Both the position numbers and the translations under genes were made by a program. From Gammaproteobacteria bacterium (GTDB lineage Bacteria > Pseudomonadota > Gammaproteobacteria > Tethybacterales > Persebacteraceae), in NCBI GenBank assembly GCA_965243565.1, contig OZ251571.1:905129-969128 (forward strand): 64,000 nucleotides of DNA, read 5' to 3'. The notes beneath the pieces were generated by a model. The model was not told the origin of the DNA. It saw only the letters and a program-made list of their open reading frames with translations, and ran no database searches. Below, piece by piece: positions 30,046 to 40,652 of the stretch. How positions within the stretch are numbered: position 1 is the stretch's first letter; every line of letters starts with the position of its first letter.

Positions 30046-30996
30046 TTATTGTAAACGAGGGGTGAAAAAACCACTTGACATTAAGCTTGCTGCCGAAAAT
30101 TCTTTGGCAATTTCGTCAAACCACTTTTTTTCTTGATAAAAGACAACCTCATCGACTCCGATAATATCACGGGCAACGCCGCCCATGTCATTATAATCAT
30201 CCGCCAAACCGAGCTGAATGCTATCGATTCCGCTATACACTGCTCCTTCAAAAATTTCGGGTGTGGTGGTGCTTAAACGGTCACCTCTGCCCTCTTTTAC
30301 GGCACTTATAAAAACACCATGTATATCTTTGACCAATGATCGAACAACTGCTTTTCCTTCTTCATTTTCTTCCGAAAAAGGGTCTAGCATATTTTTATTA
30401 GTACCAGCAGTAATAACACGCCGCTCAACGCCTAGTTTTTCCATCGTATTGACAAAACCAAAACTCGAAAAAATAACACCAATTGAGCCAACCAGACTAG
30501 CCTCATCAACAAAAATTTTGTGAGTAGCAGCCGCAATAAAATAACCACCCGAAGCGCAATAATCGCCTGTTACAGCGTATATTTTTTTCTCTGGATGTTT
30601 TTCACGTAAGCGCATGATTTCTTTATAAATACGGTTTGATTCAACCGCACTGCCGCCAGGGCTATTAATATTTAAAATAATACCTTTGGCGTTTTCGTTT
30701 TTAAAGGCTTGTCGCAAAAAGTGATTGATGGAGTGCGATGAATTTGGACCATTCGCCTCGATGGTGCCGTTAATATTGATAACTGCCGCAAATCCATCAC
30801 CATCACCATCACCACCTTCGACCGCATCATCTAAATAGGCAGAGTTTAATGAAATTACGGTAATGGTAACAATATAAACAATAAAGAATAATTTAAAGAA
30901 AATGCCCCAACGGCGTTTTATCCGCTGTTCGTTAAGCGCTGATGTTGCTAACTGCGCAATGAGTTTTTTTTCAAAATTATCGTTATCTTCTGTCAT
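30046..30996 (-). CDS. sppA: Signal peptide peptidase SppA (S49 family, 36K type)
   Basis: Start trimmed to MTEDNDNF..., followed by a TM helix. S49 catalytic region (GDYCASGGYFIAAA, GSIGV). Confidence 0.75.
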   Translation of the reverse strand: MTEDNDNFEKKLIAQLATSALNEQRIKRRWGIFFKLFFIVYIVTITVISLNSAYLDDAVEGGDGDGDGFAAVININGTIEANGPNSSHSINHFLRQAFKNENAKGIILNINSPGGSAVESNRIYKEIMRLREKHPEKKIYAVTGDYCASGGYFIAAATHKIFVDEASLVGSIGVIFSSFGFVNTMEKLGVERRVITAGTNKNMLDPFSEENEEGKAVVRSLVKDIHGVFISAVKEGRGDRLSTTTPEIFEGAVYSGIDSIQLGLADDYNDMGGVARDIIGVDEVVFYQEKKWFDEIAKEFSAASLMSSGFFTPRLQ

Positions 30997-31003
30997 AATT
31001 ATT

Positions 31004-31264
31004 TTATCCTCCAGTAATTGGTGGGAAAAATGCAACTTCTGCATTATTAGATAACACTGTCGCTTGGTTTGCCAATTGATGATTAACAGATATTTTAACT
31101 GAATTGTCAGATAAAGTATCATGCCATTGTTTGCTTTTTTGTGACAATGCATTAATTAATGTTTGTACAGTCACTTGTGCCTTGACGTTGTCGAGCTCAA
31201 TAGATAGTTCTTCCGAACCGATCTGCTCGCGTACTTTGGCAAAAAATAAAACGCGTATTTTCAT
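31004..31264 (-). CDS. MoaD/ThiS-family sulfur-carrier protein
   Basis: 86 aa, beta-grasp-size, C-terminal GG. Confidence 0.6.
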   Translation of the reverse strand: MKIRVLFFAKVREQIGSEELSIELDNVKAQVTVQTLINALSQKSKQWHDTLSDNSVKISVNHQLANQATVLSNNAEVAFFPPITGG

Positions 31265-31755
31265 TAGAACCTTCTATTATTACGTAATCGCACTAATACA
31301 GCCCCATTGTTTTTTAAAGGTTCGCAATAAGCCTTTACAATAGCCGTCTTCATTAACCAATTGCGTACTGTGTTTTTTAGTACGCCCCCATCTTTCCCAG
31401 AATGCGCACCGCGACCATGGATAATTTCGACACCTGTAAAATGTTGGTCAGAAACATTACATAAAAAATTGTTAAGCGCGGTGTGTGCTTCTACCACTGT
31501 TTTCCCATGTAAATCTAGGGTAGCCTCAATAGCAGATCTTCTTAATTCTTTATAAACGCTTTCGTTTAGACCATTAATTTTATATTTATCAGGTGCTGTA
31601 GTATCGTCTAATTCCCAACTCGAATCGCGTAGTGGTGGTAATAATGAATTAATATTGTTATTGGCTTGTGATTTTAGTTCGTTGCCTTTAACCAATTGAT
31701 TTAAATTGCCATTGCTGTTTTGCATCAGACTATTGAATGTCTCTTCGTCACTCAT
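31264..31755 (-). CDS. Smr-domain protein
   Basis: C-terminal LDLHGKTVVEAHTALNNFL...IIHGRG matches the Smr nuclease-domain core. Confidence 0.6.
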   Translation of the reverse strand: MSDEETFNSLMQNSNGNLNQLVKGNELKSQANNNINSLLPPLRDSSWELDDTTAPDKYKINGLNESVYKELRRSAIEATLDLHGKTVVEAHTALNNFLCNVSDQHFTGVEIIHGRGAHSGKDGGVLKNTVRNWLMKTAIVKAYCEPLKNNGAVLVRLRNNRRF

Positions 31756-32684
31756 TACAGATTTTCCAGATACTTTTTAACGTCCAATGCCGCCATACAA
31801 CCGGATGCCGAGCTGGTTACGGCTTGACGATAAACGCTGTCTTGGACATCACCAGCGGCGAATATTCCATTAACCGATGTTGCAGTTGCCATGCCTTGAT
31901 GTCCACCTTTGGTGAGAATATAGTCATTGCTCATGTCAACGATGTTTTTAAATAAGGAGGTATTGGGTGAATGCCCAATCGCAATAAAAACCCCATCGAC
32001 AATAATGTCTTGTAGCCTGTCTTTTTGATTAACGCGAATGCCGGTAACGCCGGAATCATTGCCTACTATTTCATCAACTGTAGAAGATAACTGTAACTGA
32101 ATTTTTCCTTTTTTTACTTTTTCGTAAAGGTGATCTTGCAATATTTTTTCGGCACGAAAAGTCTCTCGACGATGAATTAACGTGACAGAACTGGCTATAT
32201 TAGATAAATACAATGCTTCCTCGACTGCTGTATTACCACCACCAACCACAGCAACGGGCTTGTTTTTGTAGAAAAAACCATCACAAGTAGCACAAGCAGA
32301 CACACCTCGCCCCATAAAAGCTTCTTCAGAAGGCAACCCTATATATTTAGCGGTTGCACCAGTGGCAACAATGAGTGATCGGCATTGGTATTGACCGCTA
32401 TCACCGATTAAGTCAAAGCTATTTTCTTCAATGGAGACAGATGCAATATGATCGTAAATAACCTTTGTTTCAAAGCGTTCGGCATGTTCCTGAAAACGTG
32501 TCATTAAGTCATTTCCCAATACGCCTTTTGCATCCGCCGGCCAATTATCGACATCGGTGGTGGTCGTTAATTGTCCTCCAGGTTGTATGCCAGTGATAAC
32601 CACAGGCGATAGCCCAGCTCTGGCAGCATATACAGCGGCTGTCCAGCCAGCAGGTCCAGAACCTAATATTATTACATCATTCAT
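31755..32684 (-). CDS. trxB: Thioredoxin reductase
   Basis: 309 aa; FAD motif ILGSGPAGWTAAVYAAR, redox CATCDG, NADPH motif. Confidence 0.9.
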   Translation of the reverse strand: MNDVIILGSGPAGWTAAVYAARAGLSPVVITGIQPGGQLTTTTDVDNWPADAKGVLGNDLMTRFQEHAERFETKVIYDHIASVSIEENSFDLIGDSGQYQCRSLIVATGATAKYIGLPSEEAFMGRGVSACATCDGFFYKNKPVAVVGGGNTAVEEALYLSNIASSVTLIHRRETFRAEKILQDHLYEKVKKGKIQLQLSSTVDEIVGNDSGVTGIRVNQKDRLQDIIVDGVFIAIGHSPNTSLFKNIVDMSNDYILTKGGHQGMATATSVNGIFAAGDVQDSVYRQAVTSSASGCMAALDVKKYLENL

Positions 32685-32705
32685 ACAAACAACTATTTGT
32701 AATTA

Positions 32706-33941
32706 CTAACTTTTAATGTTTGAGAAAAATTCAGTATTGCTTTTTGATTGTCGTAATTTATCTAAAAGAAATTCAATTTTTTTCTCGTCATCCATAATAG
32801 ATAAGGCTTTACGTACTATCCAAATATTTTTTAATATCGCAGCATCAATCAATAAATCTTCGCGACGAGTACCTGATTTATCAACCAATATAGCAGGATA
32901 AATACGGTGCTCGGCGATACGTCTGTCAAGATGTAATTCCATATTGCCAGTGCCTTTAAATTCTTCGTAAATGACTTCATCCATTTTAGAACCAGTTTCG
33001 ATCAATGCGGTGGCAATAATGGTCAGCGAGCCCCCTTCTTCGACGTTTCTGGCAGCACCAAAAAACCGCTTGGGACGTTGCAATGCTTGGGCATCAACAC
33101 CACCCGATAAAACACGTCCAGAGGCTGGTTGCATAGTATTATAAGCACGTGCCAAACGAGTGATTGAATCAAGTAATATAACGACATCTTTAGACATTTC
33201 GACCATACGCTTGGCTTTTTCCATAACCAATTCTGCCACTTGTACATGACGTGATGCGGCTTCGTCAAAGGTAGAAGAAATAACTTCCCCCCTTACAGAA
33301 CGTCTCATTTCTGTTACTTCTTCAGGGCGTTCGTCAATCAATAGAACAATCAGATAAACATCGGGGTTATTTTCTTCGATAGCGTGAGCAATGTGTTGCA
33401 AAATGACGGTTTTACCGCTTTTGGGTGAGGCAACCAACAATCCGCGCTGCCCTTTGCCAATGGGCGAAAACATATCAATAATGCGGCCAGTTAGGTTTTC
33501 TTCAGCACGCATATTGCGTTCTAGGCAAATTTGCTCGGTAGGAAACAATGGTGTTAATGATTCAAAAAATGTCCGCTTACGATTTCTATCGTTGGCATTC
33601 ATGTTGTTGATTTTTTCGAGGCGGCTTAACGAAAAGAAACGCTCGTTGTCATGGGGACTACGCGCTTCACCAATAACCACATCACCCGTACGCAACGAAA
33701 ATCGTCTGATTTGTTGTTGGCTAACATAGGCATCCCCTGCCCCGCCCACATAGGATTGATCAGCATAACGCAGAAAGCCAAAACCATCTACAGTGACTTC
33801 CAGCGTGCCCTCAGTGATAATTTTAGCCCCTTTTGCAGAATACGCTTTAGCCAGTGATATTAATAACTCATGCTTACGCATGCGTAGTGCATTTTCAATG
33901 CCTTCTGCTTCAACCAGCTTTACCAGTTCTGCAATCTTCAT
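32706..33941 (-). CDS. rho: Transcription termination factor Rho
   Basis: Collinear with E. coli Rho from ...[13 protein letters not shown] through the Walker A (GKTVILQ) to the C-terminus. Start set at MKIAELV (33941). The open frame continues upstream to 34154; see findings. Confidence 0.9.
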   Translation of the reverse strand: MKIAELVKLVEAEGIENALRMRKHELLISLAKAYSAKGAKIITEGTLEVTVDGFGFLRYADQSYVGGAGDAYVSQQQIRRFSLRTGDVVIGEARSPHDNERFFSLSRLEKINNMNANDRNRKRTFFESLTPLFPTEQICLERNMRAEENLTGRIIDMFSPIGKGQRGLLVASPKSGKTVILQHIAHAIEENNPDVYLIVLLIDERPEEVTEMRRSVRGEVISSTFDEAASRHVQVAELVMEKAKRMVEMSKDVVILLDSITRLARAYNTMQPASGRVLSGGVDAQALQRPKRFFGAARNVEEGGSLTIIATALIETGSKMDEVIYEEFKGTGNMELHLDRRIAEHRIYPAILVDKSGTRREDLLIDAAILKNIWIVRKALSIMDDEKKIEFLLDKLRQSKSNTEFFSNIKS

Positions 33942-34200
33942 GATACGAAAATAAAATAAAATAAAATCAGGTGCTGATAATACTTCTGTCGCCGCCGTAG
34001 GAGCTGCTTTTTGTTCTGCTCTTTGTTGAATCGCTAATTTTTCGAGGCGGCTGTTAGTGGCTTCGAGTTGGGTGATTTCAGGGGGAATCTTACGGCGACG
34101 TTGTCGTAATGCGTTTTGTTGTTGAGATGATTGTGGTGATTGTGGTGGTGGCATAAAAAAATGGTTTCCTTTCGAAAAAAAAACTAAATATGGGGGGAAA

Positions 34201-34530
34201 TTATCCTTTAAGCATTTCTTCCAACTCAGGCTTACGAAGTGCTCCAATTTTTTTGGATTCTAATTCACCGTTGCGGAACATAAGTAAAGTAGGAATGGCT
34301 CTTACTTCATACTCCTGTGCTTTTAAATTATGATCATCGACATTGATTTTAACTATTTTAATGTCGTTCTCTGCTGCTAGTTCTTCTAGCAACGGTGCAA
34401 TGGCTTTACAGGGACCGCACCACGGTGCCCAAAAATCAACCAAAACGGTTTTGTCACTATCTATAACCTCTGACTGAAATGATTCATCAGAACCTTGTAT
34501 TATTGTACCCATGGGTGTGTCTTTACTCAT
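34201..34530 (-). CDS. trxA: Thioredoxin 1
   Basis: 109 aa from [12 protein letters not shown]...; WCGPCK active site. RBS AGGAG 9 nt upstream of this ATG. The longer track ORF start is rejected. Confidence 0.9.
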   Translation of the reverse strand: MSKDTPMGTIIQGSDESFQSEVIDSDKTVLVDFWAPWCGPCKAIAPLLEELAAENDIKIVKINVDDHNLKAQEYEVRAIPTLLMFRNGELESKKIGALRKPELEEMLKG

Positions 34531-34764
34531 ACGGGGGATTCTCCTAAAGAATGTGTTTGTAAGGGGGATTGTATATTTCTGTGAAAGAAACAGAGAGAGT
34601 ATTGGTATGCCATGGTATGCAGTTACTCTCTTAACTGTTATAGTGCTAACCAGCACTACACCTGAGGCGAACGTAATTATAGTATAGATTGATGATTAAA
34701 ACAAATAAAAAATATGAAGCCATTGGTTTTTTTGCTATAAAGACAATCGCAAGACAGTCAAAAA

Positions 34765-34840
34765 TGGTGCCCCAGAGACGATTTGAACGTCCGACCTTGC
34801 CCTTAGGAGGGGCCTGCTCTATCCACTGAGCTACCGAGGC
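34765..34840 (-). tRNA. tRNA-Arg (anticodon CCU)
   Basis: 76-nt cloverleaf folded by hand: acceptor GCCTCGG/CTGGGGC (two G-U pairs), D-arm GCTC/GAGC, anticodon loop CTCCTAA, T-arm GGACG-TTCAAAT-CGTCT, CCA end encoded. Confidence 0.8.
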
Positions 34841-34845
34841 AGTCG

Positions 34846-36564
34846 TCAATTATTAATGGTATCCTGTAAAAAAGAAAGCACGCCGTCAATAGGTATCAAT
34901 TCTGTCCCTTCTTTAAAGCGGTTTTTATACTCAACCTGACCTTCTTTTAAGCCACGGTCACCAATCACAATGCGGTGTGGAATACCGATTAAATCCAAAT
35001 CCGAAAACATAACACCTGGGCGTAAATCTCTATCATCCAATAAAACGTCAATATTAGCCGTTTTACATTGTTCGTAAAGATTGGTAGCGGCTTGTCTTAC
35101 TGCTTCGGAACGCCCCCATGAAATCGGCGCGATAACAACACAAAACGGTGCAATCGCATCAGGAAACATCATGCCATTATCATCATAAGCTTGCTCAATT
35201 GCGGCGGCGACAATACGCGTAACGCCAATACCGTAACAACCCATTAAAATATTCACATACTCATCAGCAGCGGACTTAATCACGGCATTCATCGCAGTAG
35301 AATATTTATCACCGAGCTGAAAAATATGCCCCACTTCAATACCACGAACACCTTGTAAAACACCTTTGCCACAAGGTGATTCATCACCAATTTCGGCATT
35401 GCGTAAATCGGCAAATTCGGGCTCTGGACAATCTCGTCCAAAATTCACCCCTGTAAAGTGATAATCATCCTCATTCGCACCACAAACAAAATTAGCAGTA
35501 TTAATCAACGCATTATCAGCAATCACAGGCAACGACATATTAACCGGTCCTAATGAACCAAAACCAGCCCCAATAAGTGCTTTTGCTGCCTCTAAATTCA
35601 ATAATTGGGCGTGCTTACCAATAGCGGGGTGATAACTCGCTTTAATAAGGTTTAATTGATGATTGCCTCGTAATAAAACAGCCGCAGCACCTGCCTCGCC
35701 CTGCACTATCATCGTTTTAATATTTTTATCACCCGACATTACTACGTCCATCTCCAAAAACTCACGCAATGCCGCAATCGTTTTTACTCCGGGAGTGTGT
35801 ATTTTTTGCAATGATTCAGTCGGATCAGCGCGATTTTTATTCGGTAAAACACACGCACAACGCTCAATATTAGAGGCAAAATCACTATCATCAGAATATA
35901 AAATTAACTCTTCGCCGGTATCGGCAAGCACCATAAACTCATGCGATAAATTACCGCCTATCGTGCCAGAATCTGCCTCAACCATGCGATAGTTAAGCCC
36001 AATTTTGTCAAAAATAGTACAATAAGCCTGACGCATAATCTCGTAGCTCTGTTCCATGCCTTTATCATCCACATCAAACGAATAAGCATCCTTCATAATA
36101 AACTCACGCGCACGCATTACCCCAAAACGCGGGCGGATTTCATCACGAAACTTGGTTTGAATTTGGTATAAATTAATCGGTAATTGACGGTAACTAGTAA
36201 CAATGTGACGCACTAAATCGGTAACAATCTCTTCATGTGTTGGTCCCATGCAAAAATCGCGTTTATGTCTATCAGAAAATCGCAACAATTCAGCACCGTA
36301 ATCTTTCCAGCGACCTGACTCATGCCATAAATCAGCCGGCTGCACAGAAGGCATAAAAACCTCTGCCGCCCCTGAAGCATCCATTTCTTTTCGTACAATA
36401 TCAGCGACTTTTCTGGCAACTCGCCAACCCAATGGCAACCATGTATAAATACCACTAGCCACACGGCGGATAAACCCGCCCCTCACCATTAATTGGTGAC
36501 TTATCGTTTCTGCATCCGCAGGCGACTCTTTACTAGTATGAATAAAAAATTGTCTTGCTAACAT
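34846..36564 (-). CDS. proS: Prolyl-tRNA synthetase
   Basis: 572 aa; class II motifs and the editing-domain insertion typical of bacterial ProS. Confidence 0.95.
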   Translation of the reverse strand: MLARQFFIHTSKESPADAETISHQLMVRGGFIRRVASGIYTWLPLGWRVARKVADIVRKEMDASGAAEVFMPSVQPADLWHESGRWKDYGAELLRFSDRHKRDFCMGPTHEEIVTDLVRHIVTSYRQLPINLYQIQTKFRDEIRPRFGVMRAREFIMKDAYSFDVDDKGMEQSYEIMRQAYCTIFDKIGLNYRMVEADSGTIGGNLSHEFMVLADTGEELILYSDDSDFASNIERCACVLPNKNRADPTESLQKIHTPGVKTIAALREFLEMDVVMSGDKNIKTMIVQGEAGAAAVLLRGNHQLNLIKASYHPAIGKHAQLLNLEAAKALIGAGFGSLGPVNMSLPVIADNALINTANFVCGANEDDYHFTGVNFGRDCPEPEFADLRNAEIGDESPCGKGVLQGVRGIEVGHIFQLGDKYSTAMNAVIKSAADEYVNILMGCYGIGVTRIVAAAIEQAYDDNGMMFPDAIAPFCVVIAPISWGRSEAVRQAATNLYEQCKTANIDVLLDDRDLRPGVMFSDLDLIGIPHRIVIGDRGLKEGQVEYKNRFKEGTELIPIDGVLSFLQDTINN

Positions 36565-37544
36565 AACGTTGATTCTATCAGTAATTTAAACACACTGCTA
36601 TTATCAACATCCCCTTATGTGTAATTTTTTATTTCTTGCCAGTTAATGATGTTGTGTACATCATCTAAATCAGTAAGGGGTTTATGTTAGGTAACAAGGG
36701 AAAATCAGGGTAATGTCGCTCTTTAGCAATTTGTTAGGATGAAAATGCTGACATAACTGCAAAATATGAACAGAATATTCCCAAACCAAAAACTTTTTAT
36801 ACATATCCAGCTCAATCCTGCAGAAATGGCAATGTACCGTTAAATGCGTGCCCAATCTTAGCGTGAGGACTTTTTATTCACATTCCGGAGTTTCACCATA
36901 ATATTGATTGTGCAAAATATCTAATTACGCAAAGCCAGCGGCTCCAAATAAGACTCCGAGACCAAATATTAAAAGAGGAAAAGCTAGTCCCATTGCAAAT
37001 TTTTCGCTTCCTGACTTTGAAAATAATGAGCTTAACATTCCCATTAATAGCTATTACCGCGGACCGCCAGTTTTTAATCACAATTACCGATTGGAGTGCC
37101 GTTTTACCGGCTTCAAGACTGGCTTTTAGTAATTCAATACTTACGGAAACTGGTGGCATTGTTAGTCAGCCAACATCCCTTGATGTTCCTGATAATCAAT
37201 TTCTCCTGTTGCAATGATATATTATTCAGGTATGCCCTGAGCCCAGCTATGGTTACTTATAAATTGACCTTTCTTTTCTAGCAGATCAATCTGATACCTT
37301 AAATCGCTAACAATTTCTTCTGGCTTCATAAATGGGTTCCGATTCTTCGCTCATTATTGTTTCCTAACATAACTATTAATCATATAATTTATTATACATT
37401 ATAAGCAATTTTTAGATAGTTTGGTAGATACATGAGTTGTAATTACATTATCATATCTAATTAAGTTTTCACTCCCTTTTTTTCAAGGGGCATAATCACG
37501 GATATAATGCACACTGTCATGATTGTTATAGCAATATTTAAAAA

Positions 37545-37982
37545 ATGAATACACAAGAAGCACACGCCAGAATAAAAATTAACAAACTGCTTGAAAAAGC
37601 AGGTTGGCGTTTATTGGATGACGAACAAGGAAAAGCCAACGTACAACTTGAACAGAATGTAAAAATAAAGCAAAAAGATATTAATGATTTTGGCACGGAT
37701 TTTGAAAAGACAAAAAACGGCTTTGTTGATTTTTTACTATTAGATGATAGAGATTTTCCGTTGGCTATATTAGAAGCAAAAAAAGTAGAAAAACAAAAGT
37801 CATTTTTAGAAGAAATTTACAATGAATTAATTAAATCTTTTGATGATGATTATGAAATGACACCTGACGACATAGCGGAAAATTTTACCACCTCATATTA
37901 TTTTTCTGAATATGAATTAAAAATGCTGGCAGAAAATAAAAAAGATATAGTCTCTAAATTTATTAATGAAGAACTATATTAA
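37545..37982 (+). pseudogene. Truncated HsdR-N-like PD-(D/E)xK nuclease domain (145 aa, N-terminal part of a type I/III restriction R subunit)
   Basis: EAHARIKINKLLEKAGW... GFVDFLLLDDRDFPLAILEAKK matches the conserved HsdR/Res N-terminal motif (D...EAK). Ends after 145 aa with an acidic tail; no helicase domains follow. Confidence 0.5.
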
Positions 37983-38119
37983 TCTGCAAAAGATAATTGT
38001 ATTAAGTAAACAACACCTTTCTTTTTGATACCTACTGCTTCTAATACTCTATAATATGCACATGAAAAACGCTAAAAAATTAACACAACTTGCGATAAAA
38101 CGGTTTTTAGAGGCATAAT

Positions 38120-38946
38120 ATGACGCGTAAATATTATTCACACAGAGCGGGTATTAATCCAAATTCAGATGGACTCCCCCTTGAAGATATCATTGGCTTG
38201 TTTTTAGATATGTTTGAATCACTGGAATCAGATGACTACTTTGACGAGGCATTTGGTTTTTGGTGCGAAGATAGAAATGAAATAATTGAAGGTAAAATAA
38301 AAAATATTGATAATACAATACTCATTGACATAGGAAAGAAAAATTTATGGCCCATTGGGTCTCTGCTCGAAACTATACCGAAGATGACCTTCTGGATATG
38401 ATTGAATTTTTATATCAGCATGTTTCTAAGCCAGCAGGTGTAGTATCACATTCCCATCAGGCGGGATCATTCAGTATGATGTTCTACGTATGTAATCACT
38501 GGGATACATTTGATAAAGAAGAAGGTCAAAAAATATTTCGTGAGCAAATAAATTTTATTTTAGAAAAATATAAAACAAAGTTTGAACTATCAGAAACGGG
38601 AGAAATTCTTCATTCACCTGAACAAGGGTTTGAGAATATTTTTAATGCCGATATTCCAATAGATGATAATAATGTTACCGAAAAAATGAATACTGCAAAG
38701 GCAAAATTTCTTAAATATAAGGCAAGCATCAATGAGCGACAAAGCGCAGTAAGAGATTTAGCGGATGTGTTAGAATATTTAAAACAAAAAATGAAAAATA
38801 CTCTTACAAAACAAGACGAAAGCGACTTATTCAATATCGCTAATAACTTTGGTATACGGCATCATAATGATAACAAAAAACATCTTATGATAAAAAGATT
38901 TGGCTTAGTTGGATGTTCTACCATTACCTTTCTACAATTCATGTAG
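38120..38946 (+). pseudogene. Hypothetical protein split by a frameshift at an A5 run (~38337-38341)
   Basis: Two overlapping ORFs in frames 2 and 1 that read through as one ~275-aa protein if one base is added; no recognisable domain. Confidence 0.4.
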
Positions 38947-39397
38947 TACTCCGTACAATAGAGCGCGACAAAAAACAAAAATTGCCATTATAGAAGGACA
39001 GCGAAGCATAAACTACTGCTTTCTTTTTTTCTTTTTTAGATTTACGCGTTGCCGGCGATTGGCAAAAACATAGGAGATATAGAAATGATGGAGAAAAAAT
39101 TCAGAGAATGGCGTGGGAAATTTGCCAACTCAAAATTTAGCTAAGTAAACTTATTTGTACGCTTCAACTCAAATAAAATTTAACAGATTATATTTGACTA
39201 CCCAGAAATCAAAGAACAAATAGGTGGATAACTTACCATTTGAAATAACCCACTATTACACAATAGGTAAAAAACTAGAAAGATACTTATAATGAATTAA
39301 TTCGAAAAATAGAAAAAGCAAAAAAAAAAATAGACAAGCCTAAGTAGCTCTACTAATCTATAGATACCGCTTTAAAAAATTATGAAAAATTTCTTAA

Positions 39398-39778
39398 GGA
39401 AACTACTTCTTAAATATTACAGAAGAAGTAAAGAACCCTAAACAGTTTATAGAAGGAGCAAAAATATCCGTTACGATTAATCGTTATGAGAGAGACCCAA
39501 GAGCAAGAAAAAAATGCCTTAGGCTTTGTGGCTATAAATGTGAAGTTTGTGATTTTGACTTTGAAGAAGTCTATGGCGAACTAGGTAAAGAGTTTATTCA
39601 TGTTCATCATATCGTGCCATTAGCAACGATAAAAGAGGGATATGAGGTAAACCCGATTGATGATCTTGTGCCTGTTTGCCCTAACTGCCATGCAATGATT
39701 CATCGCCGAGAAAAAATATTAACAGTAGCTGAGTTAAAAGAAATTATGGACAAACAAACAAACAAAATAATCCTCTGA
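39398..39778 (+). pseudogene. HNH nuclease domain fragment (C-terminal remnant, no start codon)
   Basis: Open frame ...ERDPRARKKCLRLCGYKCEVCDF...FIHVHHIVPLA...DDLVPVCPNCHAMIHR has the HNH Cys4/His signature. Upstream 39060-39400 holds only multi-frame debris. Confidence 0.6.
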
Positions 39779-39899
39779 CGCTGTAAACTAAAATCTAAAT
39801 TAGTAATTAACTGTTACATTATCTATTTTTTATAATAAAAAATAAATTACATGCTAGAATAGCATATCTAATTTATAACACTTACAAGGAGAGTTTATT

Positions 39900-40562
39900 A
39901 TGTCGTTACGCATTAATGATTTAGCACCGAATTTTCAAGCAGAAACCACGCATGGAAAGATTGATTTTCATGAGTGGATTGGCGACGATAGTTGGGCGAT
40001 GTTGTTTTCACATCCGAAGGATTTTACGCCAGTCTGTACTACTGAATTGGGCTATATGGCAAAAATTCAGCCAGAGTTTGAACGGCGTAATACTAAAATT
40101 ATCGGTTTGAGTATCGATGCGAGTTCTGAACATGCAAAATGGATGAAAGATGTAGAGGATGTTGGCGGTGCAGCGGTTAATTATCCCGTTATTGCGGATA
40201 CTGATTTGAATGTGGCTAAGCTGTATGATATGTTTCCGGCTGATATTAGTGGTACTTATGAAGGGCGTACTCCGGCTACCAATGCCACTGCGCGTGCTGT
40301 TTTTGTGGTGGGTCCTGATAAGCGTATTAAGTTGATTTTGATTTATCCGATGACAACGGGGCGTAATTTTAATGAGATTTTGCGTGCATTGGATTCGCTA
40401 CAGTTAACGGCAAAGCACAAGGTTGCAACGCCAGTGAATTGGCAACCAGAAGAGGATGTTATTATTGTTCCGTCTGTTAATAATGAAGAGGCAGAAAAAA
40501 TCTACCCAGATGGCTGGAATACGGTTAAGCCGTATTTGCGTCTCGTGAAACAGCCCGATTGA
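39900..40562 (+). CDS. 1-Cys peroxiredoxin (Prx6-like, AhpC/TSA family)
   Basis: 220 aa; peroxidatic motif DFTPVCTTE; Prx6-type length. Confidence 0.85.
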   Translation: MSLRINDLAPNFQAETTHGKIDFHEWIGDDSWAMLFSHPKDFTPVCTTELGYMAKIQPEFERRNTKIIGLSIDASSEHAKWMKDVEDVGGAAVNYPVIADTDLNVAKLYDMFPADISGTYEGRTPATNATARAVFVVGPDKRIKLILIYPMTTGRNFNEILRALDSLQLTAKHKVATPVNWQPEEDVIIVPSVNNEEAEKIYPDGWNTVKPYLRLVKQPD

Positions 40563-40652
40563 TTGCTTAATTCCCTTTCTTAAATCGTAATGGCAGAAGG
40601 GGTTTTATAGGGTTGGGTTAGGTTAGGTGCATTGGCTAGAAAATTACTAAAA

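Noticed and set aside
30997-31152. N-terminal 52 codons of the track's sppA ORF
   Set aside because: They overlap the moaD-like gene. SppA homology and a TM anchor begin at MTEDNDNF.
34531-34656. Longer trxA start (151-aa ORF from MLVSTITVK...)
   Set aside because: Thioredoxin homology begins at [11 protein letters not shown] with an AGGAG RBS directly upstream. The extension is hydrophobic and non-homologous.
34646-34849. 67-aa minus-strand ORF
   Set aside because: It overlaps the tRNA-Arg(CCU) gene almost entirely; spurious.
36893-37360. Small ORFs in the ORF-free stretch after proS (88-aa minus-strand ORF; 35-aa MKPEEIVSDLRYQIDLLEKKGQFISNHSWAQGIPE)
   Set aside because: No homology, no RBS, mixed frames. 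They are treated as debris of the decayed island, although the 35-aa peptide could be a remnant of a small regulator or antitoxin.
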